A DNA stretch of 64,000 nt from Schizochytrium sp. TIO01. Taxonomy: Eukaryota > Protista > Bigyra: Labyrinthulomycetes. The stretch lies in contig SMSO01000033.1 in NCBI GenBank assembly GCA_004764695.1, forward strand, positions 1,364,001 to 1,428,000, in the 5' to 3' direction. Each line of letters opens with the position of its first letter. Within the stretch, counting starts at the first letter, position 1. This document shows, one piece after another, positions 61,540-64,000 of this stretch. The position numbers and the translations under genes are program-made. The notes beneath the pieces are model-generated. The model was not told where the DNA came from. It saw nothing but the letters and a program-made list of their open reading frames with translations, and made no database searches.

Positions 61540-62379
61540 ATGAAGGTGACTTTAGCTGTGGACAACACGGAGCAGGTGATTCAAACAGAGTTAGACAGCA
61601 ACTCACTTGTGGAGGATTTAAAAGCAATTGCCTCTGTAGAGCTTGGATTGCCACCTGACTCCATTGAACTGAGCTACGATGGAGAAGTTCTTCCCGACGA
61701 GGCTAAGCTCAGCGACGTTGGCGTATCAAATGAGGATCTAATGTCCTTACGTGTCCTTCCTCCTACACCACGTACACCGAGAAACAGCCTGCAATCAAGA
61801 TCAAGCTCAGGTCAACGGCGGAGTGGCTCAGGCTTTGGCTTTCTGCGAAGATCTTTGTCTCGGCCATCTCGTCAAGAAATGTACGAGCAGGCGTTGATTG
61901 AACAGCAGATTACGCAGCGTCTTGTCAATGAAAACATGCAACTAGCCTTGGAGGAGTCTCCAGAGGCTTTTGCAACGGTGTTGATGCTTTACCTAGATAC
62001 GGAGGTTAATGGAGTCCCGGTAAAGGCATTCGTGGACTCCGGGGCGCAAACCACAGTAATGTCACGTTCTTGCGCAGAGAGATGCGGCATAATTCGTCTT
62101 GTGGACACTCGTTTTTCAGGTGTTGCAGTAGGTGTCGGCCAAGCGCGCATTCTTGGTCGTGTTCATATTGCCCCAATCAAGATTGGGTCACAGCTCTACA
62201 ACTGTAGCTTTACGGTTGTTGACATCGACAAAATGGAGCTGCTTCTCGGGCTAGATATGCTCAAGAAACACCAAGCGATGGTTGATCTCCGCAATGATTG
62301 CCTTCACATTGGAGATCCGGAAGAACTTGTTCCATTTCTTTCAGAGGCTGAGGTTCCAGAAAATGCCCGTCTCCACTAA
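61540..62379 (+). CDS. DDI1: DDI1-like protein (UBL + retroviral-like aspartic protease), 279 aa
   Basis: N-terminal ubiquitin-like domain; PEAFATVLMLY, VKAFVDSGAQTTVMS..CAERCGI.RLVDTRF.G and LLGLDMLKKHQ. Confidence 0.95.
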   Translation: MKVTLAVDNTEQVIQTELDSNSLVEDLKAIASVELGLPPDSIELSYDGEVLPDEAKLSDVGVSNEDLMSLRVLPPTPRTPRNSLQSRSSSGQRRSGSGFGFLRRSLSRPSRQEMYEQALIEQQITQRLVNENMQLALEESPEAFATVLMLYLDTEVNGVPVKAFVDSGAQTTVMSRSCAERCGIIRLVDTRFSGVAVGVGQARILGRVHIAPIKIGSQLYNCSFTVVDIDKMELLLGLDMLKKHQAMVDLRNDCLHIGDPEELVPFLSEAEVPENARLH

Positions 62380-64000
62380 AGCTTTTATTCTTAACATTTT
62401 GTCATTATATTCTAAATCCCCTGCAGTCTCACCGGTGGTTTTATCTCATGACTATATATTGCCTTTGCCACTTATAATTCTTAAATTTCTGAACACGCAT
62501 TAGAAAAGTGCACATTCAAACACGCTTTGCAACTTGGTGGACCATTGTACAGTTCATTCGAAAGGAATCAGTTGATTTGGTAGGACATTTGCGCCATGCT
62601 TGCCAGGTTCTATATGCACCCGAAAACTAGTGCAAAACAAAATGGTGTTAATTTAAATCCCTATACTGACCGCCTTTAATGTCACCATTTACCTGTGGAC
62701 TCTTCACAAAACGCCACATGGATTCTAGTTGTTTCTTAAAAAACAATTATTGCGTTGCAATATGTTTGCACAACATCAATTTCTACTCTTCTTGCATCAA
62801 AAATTCTAGAAATACATATGCCCCTCAGGCTGTAGAGAGCCAATTACAGGTCTTAAGCATTTAAAAACGATAACGCTAGTTCTGAATTACATCGGGCACC
62901 CATCACTGCCAGCCCCGATGCTCTTGCTGCTACATCAAATGGTGCCTGGGTAGCTACAGAAAACGCAGCCAAGCGATCTCTATACCTCCTTGAAAAATCA
63001 CCTAATTGCAAACCGTGATGTAACGCACTTTTTAAAACTGCGTGCTAATTCAAGTCGAACCTTACAGTGCGGCCTGATTACAGGTAGGAGGCACCTACCC
63101 ACCAACAAAATTTTGTAAATTATTTGCACATCCTTTGCAAAATTCTGCAACATCCCTGTCCAGAGGCGACTCTTTATAATGTTGCAGCTCAGGTATAAAA
63201 ACTTACGGCAAAACAATCATTACATAACATACTGAACCTAGTACCAACCTTGGTACTAGTCCCTGCAAGGACTTGGTTGGTCCATTCTCTTAATGAATAC
63301 CAATCTTAACGCTGCTACCAAATCCGCCAAACTACCTACTAACAGCTGAGAAGTCAGTCAGGCAGTCAGGCAGCCGGCCAGCCTTAGTCACTCCCGAGCA
63401 CCTAAGACATCCTAACCCTTACTGTTACGGTGCTATCCATAAAATCGCAAGCTGAGGAGCGAAACTTTCAAGGCCACGAGCAACAACAATGTACCAAAGC
63501 CCTATTTTTCTGTGGTCAGAGGCTTCACTTGAGCCGCATGAACCTAGACCGTGTAAACACCTGAAACACACAACTCAAAGTTTAAGGAAAACTTTGCATG
63601 TATGCCCTGAGAGGCGACAGTTGGTTGCTCAACTGAAATTTTCATAGAATGAAAGTACCTAGCTAGAGATAAACAGCATGTGCTACTTCTTCAGATTCGC
63701 CATATTGGCCCAAATAAAAAGAATTAGTTTCTTATCAGTGTCCAGTCGAAGAAGTCCAATCGTGCTTACCATTCGCTTCTCCGAAGCCTTTCTTTGAGAG
63801 GCATTCCACAAAATTCGCAAGTTCAGTTTTTGGTAGTTAGCCTGAGACATCTTATTGAACATTGAACCAAGGGGTCCCACCATAACGAGTTACTTTTTCA
63901 GATTCGCCATGTCATAATTAAGGGTCGTATTTTACTTTTATTGTTTACCGTAATTATTCAAAGCGTGTTCACCTTTCCCTTGCTGGCCAGAGTTTCAAAA

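Noticed and set aside
62000-62340. Retroviral-type aspartic protease as evidence of an LTR element
   Set aside because: The DSGAQ protease has a UBL and DDI1-specific flanks, with no gag, RT, integrase or LTRs.

Overview
Eukaryotic, intron-poor genomic DNA. The long uninterrupted ORFs, moderate GC and gene content suggest a thraustochytrid/labyrinthulomycete-like stramenopile (inference). The first ~7 kb is microsatellite-dense and decayed, with no credible intact gene. The rest is gene-dense: DNA polymerase epsilon catalytic subunit, a short-form tRNase Z, a BTB-like coiled-coil protein, a decayed LINE reverse-transcriptase remnant, a divergent YTH-domain RGG protein, a PH/multi-IQ/WW protein head-to-head with a CCDC40-like gene, a TBC Rab-GAP, a membrane-anchored SEC14 protein, AP-4 epsilon, a giant repeat protein and a compact DDI1. 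Ten reading-frame breaks in six genes are each repaired by deleting one base, mostly in a short homopolymer, so they are probably assembly errors. The most unusual object is the ~9.9 kb gene at 50323-60224. Once repaired (~3298 aa) it joins ~21 Tudor/SH3-like repeats, an RP2/TBCC ARL3-GAP-type domain, a coiled coil and three degenerate PriCT-2-like modules. No rRNA, tRNA, CRISPR array or telomeric array was recognised. All family calls come from motif recognition by eye, not database searches.
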